Shown here piece by piece: positions 51,025 to 58,291 of a DNA stretch of 58,493 bases. A program made the translations under genes and the position numbers. The notes under the pieces were generated by a model. The model was not told the origin of the DNA. It was given only the letters and a program-made list of their open reading frames with translations, and did no database searches. The stretch is from positions 1 through 58,493 of the IMG/VR virus record IMGVR_UViG_3300043449_000801. The stretch is one strand, 5' to 3'. Within the stretch, counting starts at the first letter, position 1. Every line of letters starts with the position of its first letter. This DNA is from a virus. Lineage: Duplodnaviria > Caudoviricetes.

Positions 51025-51393
51025 CTATTCCTCAGCCTTTATTATAGACACTACATTGTCCTCCTCTGAGTAACATACCACAACAGTTGATTGAGTACCA
51101 TCGCCATCAAGACCCTCGTATACACGACTTACCAAACCATCCTCCTTATCAATCCTAGTAGGCTTACTAAAGTCACCACCCATGTACTCCAAGTACTCCT
51201 TAATGTAGTCATCCATCGTCTCATCATCTATCTCTCCGAAGAAGTAGAACATCCCAACCTCTCCCTTAACCTGATACCATGTGTCAAAGTTCTCGATGCC
51301 ATCCTCAGACGAAACAGTTACAACATCATACTGACCAAACGAACCGAACGATAATCCCATCACCATCCCGATTAAAAAAACTACTTTCTTCAT
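51025..51393 (-). CDS. Acidic exported protein with a Sec signal peptide
   Basis: MKK + hydrophobic core + SFG/Q cleavage site typical of Bacteroidota. Confidence 0.65.
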   Translation of the reverse strand: MKKVVFLIGMVMGLSFGSFGQYDVVTVSSEDGIENFDTWYQVKGEVGMFYFFGEIDDETMDDYIKEYLEYMGGDFSKPTRIDKEDGLVSRVYEGLDGDGTQSTVVVCYSEEDNVVSIIKAEE

Positions 51394-51494
51394 ATCTATT
51401 AATTTTTAGTTACAGACCTATAACGGGGCGTAAGCCCATATGTAACAACACCAATTAAAAAAAATGTTGGGAAATGACGGTCTGTGACGGTCCA

Positions 51495-51780
51495 GTGCTG
51501 ACTTTGTGCTGACATTTTTTGGGTTAAATGCCTACTAATGAGGGCGTTAGCCTTTTTTGTGTCAAGATTACGGCTCTGACGCGATTTTTTTTTTTTTATT
51601 TTTCTATTTTCTCTATTTTCTTATATATATATTATTTTTTTTTTTTTTCGTAATATAGTAACATCTTAACACTAAATAGAGCTAACTAACTGATAATCAA
51701 CAAATTAACCCTTTTTCAACTAAGCATTTAGGCAGCACTAAATGGCAAATCTTAACACTTTTCGACCAATCTTGACACTA
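51495..51780. repeat. Origin-like iteron/AT-rich element, copy A
   Basis: GTGYYRA repeats facing inverted TCTTRACACT repeats around a poly-T/TATATATA core; inverted homolog at 55271-55560. Confidence 0.7.
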
Positions 51781-52493
51781 TCACATATGCTGGGGGAGTG
51801 GGTAATAAATACAATTCACGAGCTTTGCTCGTGGCGGAAACCGACCTAAATCAGCATGGGGGGTATGTATTTCCATAACTTTCTCCAAACTTTTTGGCGT
51901 TTTTATCTAGGTAGGTACATGCATACATAGGTAGGTCTATCATTCGTCGTGGATGCACCCCCTATAGTTGTGTTATCCTACTGGTAGTCAGGCACTTATA
52001 TTTCTATTTAACATAATAGTAGTTATAGGACATCGAGACATAACTAACTGACAATCAATTGACTATAAGAATGAACATCCCTGGACGCGTCTATATTTAC
52101 GTAGCTTTCCAATAATCGCACATGAATTCACGTGCATTATTCGTATCGATACGCATCGATTCGTATCACATTTGATTGCGTTTTGTTCGGTCCGGTTTTG
52201 CGTTTAGGAGCGCACATCTTCGGACGTTCAAAAATCACCCAACCAAATCCGAACAAAGAAACGAATCTGCGCTTTATTGAATCCCGCGCACGTAAGGAGA
52301 TGCATAACTAACTGAATATCAATAGCTTGGATGAATGTTAGTCAGATGTGGATATCTGTCGGCATAAAAAAATGTTAAAATCAAAAAAAAATTTCATCCA
52401 TAACTCTCTATTTATCAGTCAGTTAGATGTAACTACAAAAAAAAGATTAAAAAATATTGCACAAAGAATGTTACTAATTCAAAAGAAAGTAGT

Positions 52494-52548
52494 TATATTT
52501 ACAGAAGTGATTCAAACGAGACATCACAACGACACAAGATCTTTGACA
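52494..52548 (+). promoter_or_regulatory. Early promoter (-7 TATATTTA) followed by a small hairpin and boxA-like GATCTTTGACA (52538-52548)
   Basis: One mismatch to TAnnTTTG; boxA-like sequence resembles rrn leader antiterminators. Confidence 0.55.
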
Positions 52549-52752
52549 TATGTAAGTATATATCAGCAAGCGGTGCGGATGTTATATACTTTACACATTG
52601 GGTGCAACATCTAGTTCGGGATGTTGATAACACTGACTTAGTAGAACGGCATATGGGATTTTATCCGCGATATGCACAACATGGTGTAGTTAGAGTGACT
52701 AATTAATGGTAGCGATAACCACTACACCACTAACCAAATAAAACAAGTAATC

Positions 52753-52917
52753 ATGGAGTATGCATTGTTTAAAGGATTCAACAAAGTAGGTATCTTTCCT
52801 AACTACGAATCAGCAAAGAAAGCTATCAATGGAGATGGTATTTATAATATTTGCGCCATTAAAGCCATTAACGGAAAGCTAACAATATTATCAAGGGAAG
52901 CAATAAGAATAGGTTAA
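52753..52917 (+). CDS. 54 aa early protein (absent from ORF track)
   Basis: MEYALFKGFNKVGIFPNYESAKKAINGDGIYNICAIKAINGKLTILSREAIRIG; TAACCAAA-type leader; stop lies inside hammerhead stem I. Confidence 0.7.
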   Translation: MEYALFKGFNKVGIFPNYESAKKAINGDGIYNICAIKAINGKLTILSREAIRIG

Positions 52918-52967
52918 CTGATGAGTCTTTAGTAGACGAAATGCCGTAGCAATACGGCATCTTAACC
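52912..52967 (+). ncRNA. Hammerhead ribozyme, type I (copy 1), predicted AUC cleavage after 52961
   Basis: GGTTAA CTGATGA GTCT-ttagt-AGAC GAAA TGCCGTA-gcaa-TACGGCA TC TTAACC. Confidence 0.93.
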
Positions 52968-52983
52968 AAATAAATCAAGTAAC

Positions 52984-53106
52984 ATGAGAGCAATCAATTT
53001 AACAGTGAACATCCTATTTGTAGGAATGGTAGTAGTAGCAATCGCATTCGCGATGTACAAAGTAATCAGTGGTGCGCCAATCGGCAGCTATACTGCAATG
53101 GGATAA
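52984..53106 (+). CDS. 40 aa single-TM early protein (absent from ORF track)
   Basis: MRAINLTVNILFVGMVVVAIAFAMYKVISGAPIGSYTAMG. Confidence 0.7.
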   Translation: MRAINLTVNILFVGMVVVAIAFAMYKVISGAPIGSYTAMG

Positions 53107-53139
53107 ACAGAGTATTAATAACCAAAAAAAATCAATCAC

Positions 53140-53247
53140 ATGAGCGCAAGAATTTTAAAGATAGAAGGCCGTTACGAAGTTATCGGTTTCTTTCAAAATG
53201 ACGTACTAATTAGGACTACCAAAAGGTTAGTTACTAACTGGAAATAG
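53140..53247 (+). CDS. 35 aa early protein (absent from ORF track)
   Basis: MSARILKIEGRYEVIGFFQNDVLIRTTKRLVTNWK; TAACCAAAAAAA leader; stop overlaps hammerhead 2. Confidence 0.6.
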   Translation: MSARILKIEGRYEVIGFFQNDVLIRTTKRLVTNWK

Positions 53248-53303
53248 GTTAACTGATGAGAATTTAGTATTCGAAACGGCATTCACGAGATGCCGTCTTA
53301 ACC
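53247..53303 (+). ncRNA. Hammerhead ribozyme, type I (copy 2), predicted GUC cleavage after 53297
   Basis: GGTTAA CTGATGA GAAT-ttagt-ATTC GAAA CGGCAT-tcacgag-ATGCCG TC TTAACC. Confidence 0.93.
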
Positions 53304-53319
53304 AAAAAAATCAATTATT

Positions 53320-53658
53320 ATGGAAAGGAAAGAAATTATTGCAGCAATTGAGAACATGTGCAGCGAAGATTTATTCATGCTTAACAACATTTTTTGTGAT
53401 GTAATGAGCTGCTACGATGACCAAATATTTGGTAACGATGAGGAGTTTTTTAACATGTTTTTTGAGGGGAAACCAATGGAAGCCGCAAGGGCTGCCGTGT
53501 TTGGTGATTACAATTTTCATCACGAATATGTAAAGTTCAACGGATACGGAAATTTGGAAAGCTTTGATTTTATTGGTATTGAAAATCTACCTGACAGTTT
53601 GGATAGAATTGTAGATGCAATTGAAGAAAGCTTTAATGCATTTGAGGATTTATTTTAA
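53320..53658 (+). CDS. Acidic early protein
   Basis: 112 aa, D/E-rich, FGDYN...KFNGYGNLESF. Confidence 0.8.
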   Translation: MERKEIIAAIENMCSEDLFMLNNIFCDVMSCYDDQIFGNDEEFFNMFFEGKPMEAARAAVFGDYNFHHEYVKFNGYGNLESFDFIGIENLPDSLDRIVDAIEESFNAFEDLF

Positions 53659-53710
53659 TTAATTAATAGAGGGGCGCGCATTCTGTCAACGCGAAATTAA
53701 ATTAAGGGTT

Positions 53711-53863
53711 ATGAAAAAGTTAATTCAAATTTTAATGCTCGTATGCATGTTCTTATTGACGTTAAGTTTATTGGACAATCCGAATACAGACCTATGCCTA
53801 TTGGGGATGGGTTATGTATTGACAATGGGAATATTATTGGTATCAATCACAGAAAAAAAGTAA
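53711..53863 (+). CDS. 50 aa two-TM membrane protein (absent from ORF track)
   Basis: MKKLIQILMLVCMFLLTLSLLDNPNTDLCLLGMGYVLTMGILLVSITEKK. Confidence 0.65.
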   Translation: MKKLIQILMLVCMFLLTLSLLDNPNTDLCLLGMGYVLTMGILLVSITEKK

Positions 53864-53866
53864 GTT

Positions 53867-53998
53867 ATGTTAACACGAATTTCATTAGTAGGATTGGCCA
53901 TGTACATTCCGATAGGATTGTATCTAGGCATCGTTGAAGAGACAAGGCTAGCGATGACGATAGCTGTATTATTAATCATTAAAGCATTAAGGAAATGA
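53867..53998 (+). CDS. 43 aa two-TM membrane protein (absent from ORF track)
   Basis: MLTRISLVGLAMYIPIGLYLGIVEETRLAMTIAVLLIIKALRK; ATGA overlap with the next gene. Confidence 0.65.
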   Translation: MLTRISLVGLAMYIPIGLYLGIVEETRLAMTIAVLLIIKALRK

Positions 53999-54549
53999 AA
54001 GCACAAACTTTTTTACCGCTGTTCAGCGGATTCTACGGGTCACATTGGGATAGTGTTGATTTTTATGGGGAGGAGGAATACTTCTCCCTTCCAGATGGGG
54101 ATGAATTTTGGGAGTACGTTGATTGGGACAAATACCATAACCACATCGCAAAGGAAATGTGTTATGAGGTATGTATGATGCTGAGTGAATTCGTAACTGA
54201 TATTGAATTCGAATCCATATCAAGCCCTAAGTACTACAATTTTGAGAACGATAGCATCAATTGCACTATCGAATTTAACGAGGGAAAAGTGAATGACTAC
54301 ATACGTTCAAAGGGTCACGCATTTTCTGAATACATCCGCAAAAAATATACTAGCCGTGATGGATTCATATCGTTCTATTCAAACGATGCAAACGAATGGA
54401 TTGATTCATGGACGGAAGATCCGCACATGGTTGGGGCTGTTCTTCAATTCATTTGTGAAGAGGAGGGATTTGAAGAGCCTTTTGATTTGAATGATTGTCA
54501 CATCGGATTGTTTTACAAAGATGAAATTTACCAACACCAAATAGTATGA
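53995..54549 (+). CDS. Acidic/aromatic early protein
   Basis: FSGFYGS, SPKYYNFENDSI, YTSRDGFISFYSN. Confidence 0.8.
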   Translation: MKAQTFLPLFSGFYGSHWDSVDFYGEEEYFSLPDGDEFWEYVDWDKYHNHIAKEMCYEVCMMLSEFVTDIEFESISSPKYYNFENDSINCTIEFNEGKVNDYIRSKGHAFSEYIRKKYTSRDGFISFYSNDANEWIDSWTEDPHMVGAVLQFICEEEGFEEPFDLNDCHIGLFYKDEIYQHQIV

Positions 54550-54854
54550 AAAGAAATTTCGAAGACTTACCTCAGGCAGTGCAGGACGCATTGCTTGAGG
54601 CCCGCGATGCACAAGGTGCATTGATGCTGTTGTTCAGGGCAGGCTATACCTGTACGATAATTGAAGGAGATGTAGACCTTTCCTCGATAAAGGAACGCGA
54701 AAAGGATTTACGCAAGGTTATTAATCCTAACCTGAAGAGTAACGGCAAAATCGTTGAGGTAATCCGGACCATTGGATGGAAATGCGTTTGCTTGTTTGAG
54801 GGGAGCAATCGCGAGTATATTATTAACAAAGGAAGTCTCCAAAGGATTTCCTAA
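54546..54854 (+). CDS. Hypothetical early protein
   Basis: Start overlaps the previous stop. Confidence 0.6.
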   Translation: MKRNFEDLPQAVQDALLEARDAQGALMLLFRAGYTCTIIEGDVDLSSIKEREKDLRKVINPNLKSNGKIVEVIRTIGWKCVCLFEGSNREYIINKGSLQRIS

Positions 54855-54868
54855 TAACACTAACAGAT

Positions 54869-55048
54869 ATGAAAAGTTTAGAAGAAATGAGAGAGGAATT
54901 AGGCCATGAAACTGTACGTGAAATGGTCTACGATTACGCATTTTCAAGTATTGTTCCAGCATGCTGTGATAATGGATGTATGGTAGAGCCTGATGGCAAA
55001 TGTTCACATGGTCATCCGAGCATACTGTTGGAATATGGTTTGGTATAA
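54869..55048 (+). CDS. 59 aa putative Zn-binding protein (absent from ORF track)
   Basis: CCDNGCMVEPDGKCSHGHPS. Confidence 0.7.
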   Translation: MKSLEEMREELGHETVREMVYDYAFSSIVPACCDNGCMVEPDGKCSHGHPSILLEYGLV

Positions 55049-55065
55049 ATTCGTAACTTCAAGGT

Positions 55066-55272
55066 ATGAAAAAGTTCATAGCGTCAGTAGTCCCATTTGG
55101 ATTAGCAGAAGAATGGGTGTTCAAAGGCCTGGAGGGTGATGATGACAATTCACGAATCGTTGAGTTAATTGTAAGCATGAGCGATACAGGAATACCTCTG
55201 TTTAAGATCAATCACTACGGCCCACAGAACAAGATATCGAAAGTAATTATCGAAGACATCTTCCTAAATTAG
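55066..55272 (+). CDS. Hypothetical protein
   Basis: ORF in the early operon. Confidence 0.55.
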   Translation: MKKFIASVVPFGLAEEWVFKGLEGDDDNSRIVELIVSMSDTGIPLFKINHYGPQNKISKVIIEDIFLN

Positions 55273-55560
55273 TGTTAAGAATGCTGTAAAAGTGTCAAGA
55301 TTCAGTGTTTAGTGTTGACTAAGTGCTTAGTTGAAAACAGCTGAATCCTTTACTGTATCTATCTTTCCTTTATTTTAGTGTTAAGATGTTAGTATTATTA
55401 TAAAAAAAAAAAATAAGTATATATATAAGAGAGAATAAGAGAGGAAAAAAATAAAAAAATTTCGTGATGCTGTCGTCATGTCAGCACTAATAAAATTAAG
55501 TAGTTCATAATCAATTGTTTAACCAATGTTACTTGCAACACAACGTTAGCACAACGTAGC
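55271..55560. repeat. Origin-like iteron/AT-rich element, copy B (inverted relative to copy A)
   Basis: AGTGTYRA at 55271, 55291, 55311 and 55377; poly-A/TATATATA core; 18, 14 and 13 bp exact inverted matches to copy A. Confidence 0.7.
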
Positions 55561-55578
55561 ATTAATCTCATTATCAAT

Positions 55579-56070
55579 ATGTTAGATAACATTAAGTATT
55601 TGGTCGCTAAGTACGACCTTGATTCGCCACAAAAGACTAGAGATAGGTCTTACAGAAGGTATTTCCTTTATGACTACCTGTATCCGCTGCTTACCTTAGA
55701 AAAGATAGGCGAGTTGTTTAACCGTGACCATGCAACAGTTCTCAAGGGTATCCGCATGGCGCAGCTCTTTGAGTCTGCCAATGACAATGTGTATTTGGAA
55801 ATGGTGAAGGATGTCCGCGATGATTTAGTTGGCGCGGTTGCCTCTGGTGACGTTCAAAGGACTGCGGCTGGCGTGGTTAAGCATTTCCATGAGATTCTTC
55901 TGAAGACTCAGGACGATCCATTTGAGGATGTCGCATGGGAGATTGCGGTTAGTGTGGTGGAGATGATTGCAGGAACGCAGCAAGATAGGCAGCAGCTGTT
56001 CTGGAAGGATGTCGCTAAAAAAATAAAAGGGATAGGTTGTAACCATTTTGAGAAAGATACGTTATCTTAG
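55579..56070 (+). CDS. DnaA C-terminal-like HTH protein
   Basis: LTLEKIGELFNRDHATVLKGI resembles Bac_DnaA_C. Confidence 0.7.
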   Translation: MLDNIKYLVAKYDLDSPQKTRDRSYRRYFLYDYLYPLLTLEKIGELFNRDHATVLKGIRMAQLFESANDNVYLEMVKDVRDDLVGAVASGDVQRTAAGVVKHFHEILLKTQDDPFEDVAWEIAVSVVEMIAGTQQDRQQLFWKDVAKKIKGIGCNHFEKDTLS

Positions 56071-56190
56071 CACATTCTATCTGACAGCAGGTTTTTTAGG
56101 TATCCCTCCTGATGGGCACATCAGAAGTACGAATAGAGTGATATCTGTTCGTACTACGAAACGCTTTCATGGTGTTTTTTTGGTTATAGA

Positions 56191-56220
56191 GTCGGGAGGC
56201 GTGATTTCCTCCCGATTTTT
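56191..56220 (+). terminator. Rho-independent terminator
   Basis: GTCGGGAGG-cgtgattt-CCTCCCGAT followed by a T-run. Confidence 0.75.
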
Positions 56221-56245
56221 ATGTCTAACTTAAATTAAATTAATT

Positions 56246-56791
56246 ATGTTATTTTATTTCAACAAAAAGAAACGAAGGTACATGCGAGTGCCAAATGAGG
56301 TTTACTACGCATTGATTGCAGTGTTGGTTGGTTACCTTGTGCTAAACAGGCAGAAGATTATTAAGTCTGATCCTAAGATAGTAAAGGTAGTAGTCCATGA
56401 CACGATTGTATCAGGACCTATTAAACCTACACGGGAGAACATCTACAAGTACATCGTTGCGTGTGGCATCAAGCACCCGGATATCGTATACAGGCAGGCG
56501 TTGTTAGAGAGTGGGTTCTGTTCGAACCTATATAGGAAGGCTAACAATCTGTTCGGCATGCGCGTAGCACGTAGCAGGCCAACAACAGCGAAGGGTGAGT
56601 ATAGTGGCTTCGCGCGTTATGACAATTGGATGGAGAGTGTGCAGGACTACGCGTTGTATCAGGCTGCATACATGAGGAAGGCGAGAACTAGAGAACAATA
56701 CTTCAACGCATTGGATGACAGCTATTGTGTTGGGCATGGCTACAGCACGAAGCTTAGGTCCTTGAGTGACGAGGTGTTGCGTAAACTATAA
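56246..56791 (+). CDS. GH73-like glucosaminidase/muramidase with an N-terminal TM anchor
   Basis: QALLESG, NNLFGM, FARYDNWMESVQDY. Confidence 0.75.
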   Translation: MLFYFNKKKRRYMRVPNEVYYALIAVLVGYLVLNRQKIIKSDPKIVKVVVHDTIVSGPIKPTRENIYKYIVACGIKHPDIVYRQALLESGFCSNLYRKANNLFGMRVARSRPTTAKGEYSGFARYDNWMESVQDYALYQAAYMRKARTREQYFNALDDSYCVGHGYSTKLRSLSDEVLRKL

Positions 56792-56794
56792 GTT

Positions 56795-57433
56795 ATGGCA
56801 TACATAGAGAGTAATTTTTTCCCCATTAAAGTATTCGTAAGGAACGAGTACATGTACCAAGGTACGAAGGGTCACGGTACTTTTTCGGAGGGTGTGGTGT
56901 TGTCTGTTAGATGCATGCCTGGACAGGCAGCCTTGTTTCAGGTGTTGTTGGACAATGGCGTGGTACGTGACAAGTTACCGAGTCATGCGTTGTTGACAGC
57001 TCCTAAGATACCATCTCCCGACTTGCCGTTCCACTACCTACAGATATGGAACTGCTTCAGTTATCGGTTCAGTGTGCATACGATTAACTATTTGTACGAC
57101 ACACCGGTATCTGTGTACATGAAGGATAGAGTATGGTACGAGGGAAGTTACTACGCTACTATTAATTGGGGCGCGAATGATTTGAACAGCGACTATACCT
57201 TAGCGGAGGATCCATTGGAGCATAAGTGTCACCATGTGATTCTTTTGGACAATGGGCAGATAGCACTACAGCCCAACAACAGGATAAGGTGGTCGGAGCC
57301 ATCGTTCGTTACGAAGCCTTTCCCAAGCAGACCGGACTACATGGTGAATAAGGACTACTACAACTGCGAAGGGTTTGATAAGTGGCATACGGAGGATAGC
57401 GATGTAATGTTTTACGAAATAGAGAAGATATGA
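56795..57433 (+). CDS. Conserved hypothetical phage protein
   Basis: LQIWNCFSY, EHKCHHVILLDNGQIALQPNNRI. Confidence 0.75.
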   Translation: MAYIESNFFPIKVFVRNEYMYQGTKGHGTFSEGVVLSVRCMPGQAALFQVLLDNGVVRDKLPSHALLTAPKIPSPDLPFHYLQIWNCFSYRFSVHTINYLYDTPVSVYMKDRVWYEGSYYATINWGANDLNSDYTLAEDPLEHKCHHVILLDNGQIALQPNNRIRWSEPSFVTKPFPSRPDYMVNKDYYNCEGFDKWHTEDSDVMFYEIEKI

Positions 57434-57678
57434 ACACACCAATGCAGATGTTGATTGCCTATCTGGAGGCATCGATAGTGATTAATGACGATGGTCATTC
57501 GGACCGTAACGAGACGTACAGTAGGGTTATAGCCATTGCGAAGATATACGCAGAGCATGAGTTGTATCTGTTGCGTACTTTTTTTGAGGCAGGGCATAAC
57601 CATGCGGTAGGAAAGAAGATAGGTGCTGTAGATAAGTTCCCTGAGTTTGATGAATATATTAAGAGGTATGAAGAATAA
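57430..57678 (+). CDS. Hypothetical protein
   Basis: ORF coupled to its neighbours. Confidence 0.55.
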   Translation: MNTPMQMLIAYLEASIVINDDGHSDRNETYSRVIAIAKIYAEHELYLLRTFFEAGHNHAVGKKIGAVDKFPEFDEYIKRYEE

Positions 57679-58291
57679 AGTAGAGTTATTAGGTTGGTAT
57701 GGGTCTGACTTAGTGCATGCCCAATCGGCATGGACGAGTACTAGTAGAGACCTAACGGAGGAGAAGTTAGGAAGGGTTGATAAGCTGTTGACGATGTTGG
57801 CGAGCGAAGGACACCACACACCATTTGAGAAGTCTTCACTACACTTCTTGGTGACTTGCGATCAGGCATCACACATCCACTTGCTGAAGCACAGAATAGG
57901 CGTGAGTGTGAACGGAGAGAGCGCACGTTACAAGGAACTGACGGAAGACAAGTCATACATTCCGGAGGATTGGTATGGTACAAGTTGGGGATCGATGTTA
58001 TCGATTTACACACACAAGATGAACGGATTGTATCACGCGTGTTTGGAGGACCTTACACCTAAGCTAGGAAGAAAGAGAGCAAAGGAGAGTGCGCGGTTCT
58101 TTAAGATGATGAACAGTCAGATTACGTTGGATGTGATGTTTAACTGGAGGTCTTTCTACCACTTCTTGAAGCTGAGGGATAGTGAGCATGCCCAGGTTGA
58201 GATTAGGCAGATAGCACAGGAGATGTTGCGGTTGGTGAAGGATATTGAAGGAAATCCATTTGAAGAAACAATTAAAGCGTTTAAATTATGA
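57668..58291 (+). CDS. thyX: FAD-dependent thymidylate synthase ThyX
   Basis: GHHTPFE, KHRIGVSVNGESARY, KESARF, NWRS..HF..LR..HAQ.EIR. Confidence 0.9.
   Translation: MKNKVELLGWYGSDLVHAQSAWTSTSRDLTEEKLGRVDKLLTMLASEGHHTPFEKSSLHFLVTCDQASHIHLLKHRIGVSVNGESARYKELTEDKSYIPEDWYGTSWGSMLSIYTHKMNGLYHACLEDLTPKLGRKRAKESARFFKMMNSQITLDVMFNWRSFYHFLKLRDSEHAQVEIRQIAQEMLRLVKDIEGNPFEETIKAFKL

Noticed and set aside
52348-52614. 88 aa plus-strand ORF in the track
   Set aside because: GTG start; spans IHF-like sites, the promoter, boxA and hairpins; likely spurious
51400-52750. tRNA genes in the large intergenic region
   Set aside because: No cloverleaf with a T-loop and acceptor stem could be built by eye
53743-54006. 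Track ORFs 53743-53937 (+) and 53812-54006 (-)
   Set aside because: Better explained by the two coupled small membrane ORFs 53711-53863 and 53867-53998
56105-56180. CTGATGG...CGAAAC resembling a hammerhead core
   Set aside because: CTGATG is paired with CATCAG and no stem I partner exists; kept only as a generic structured RNA
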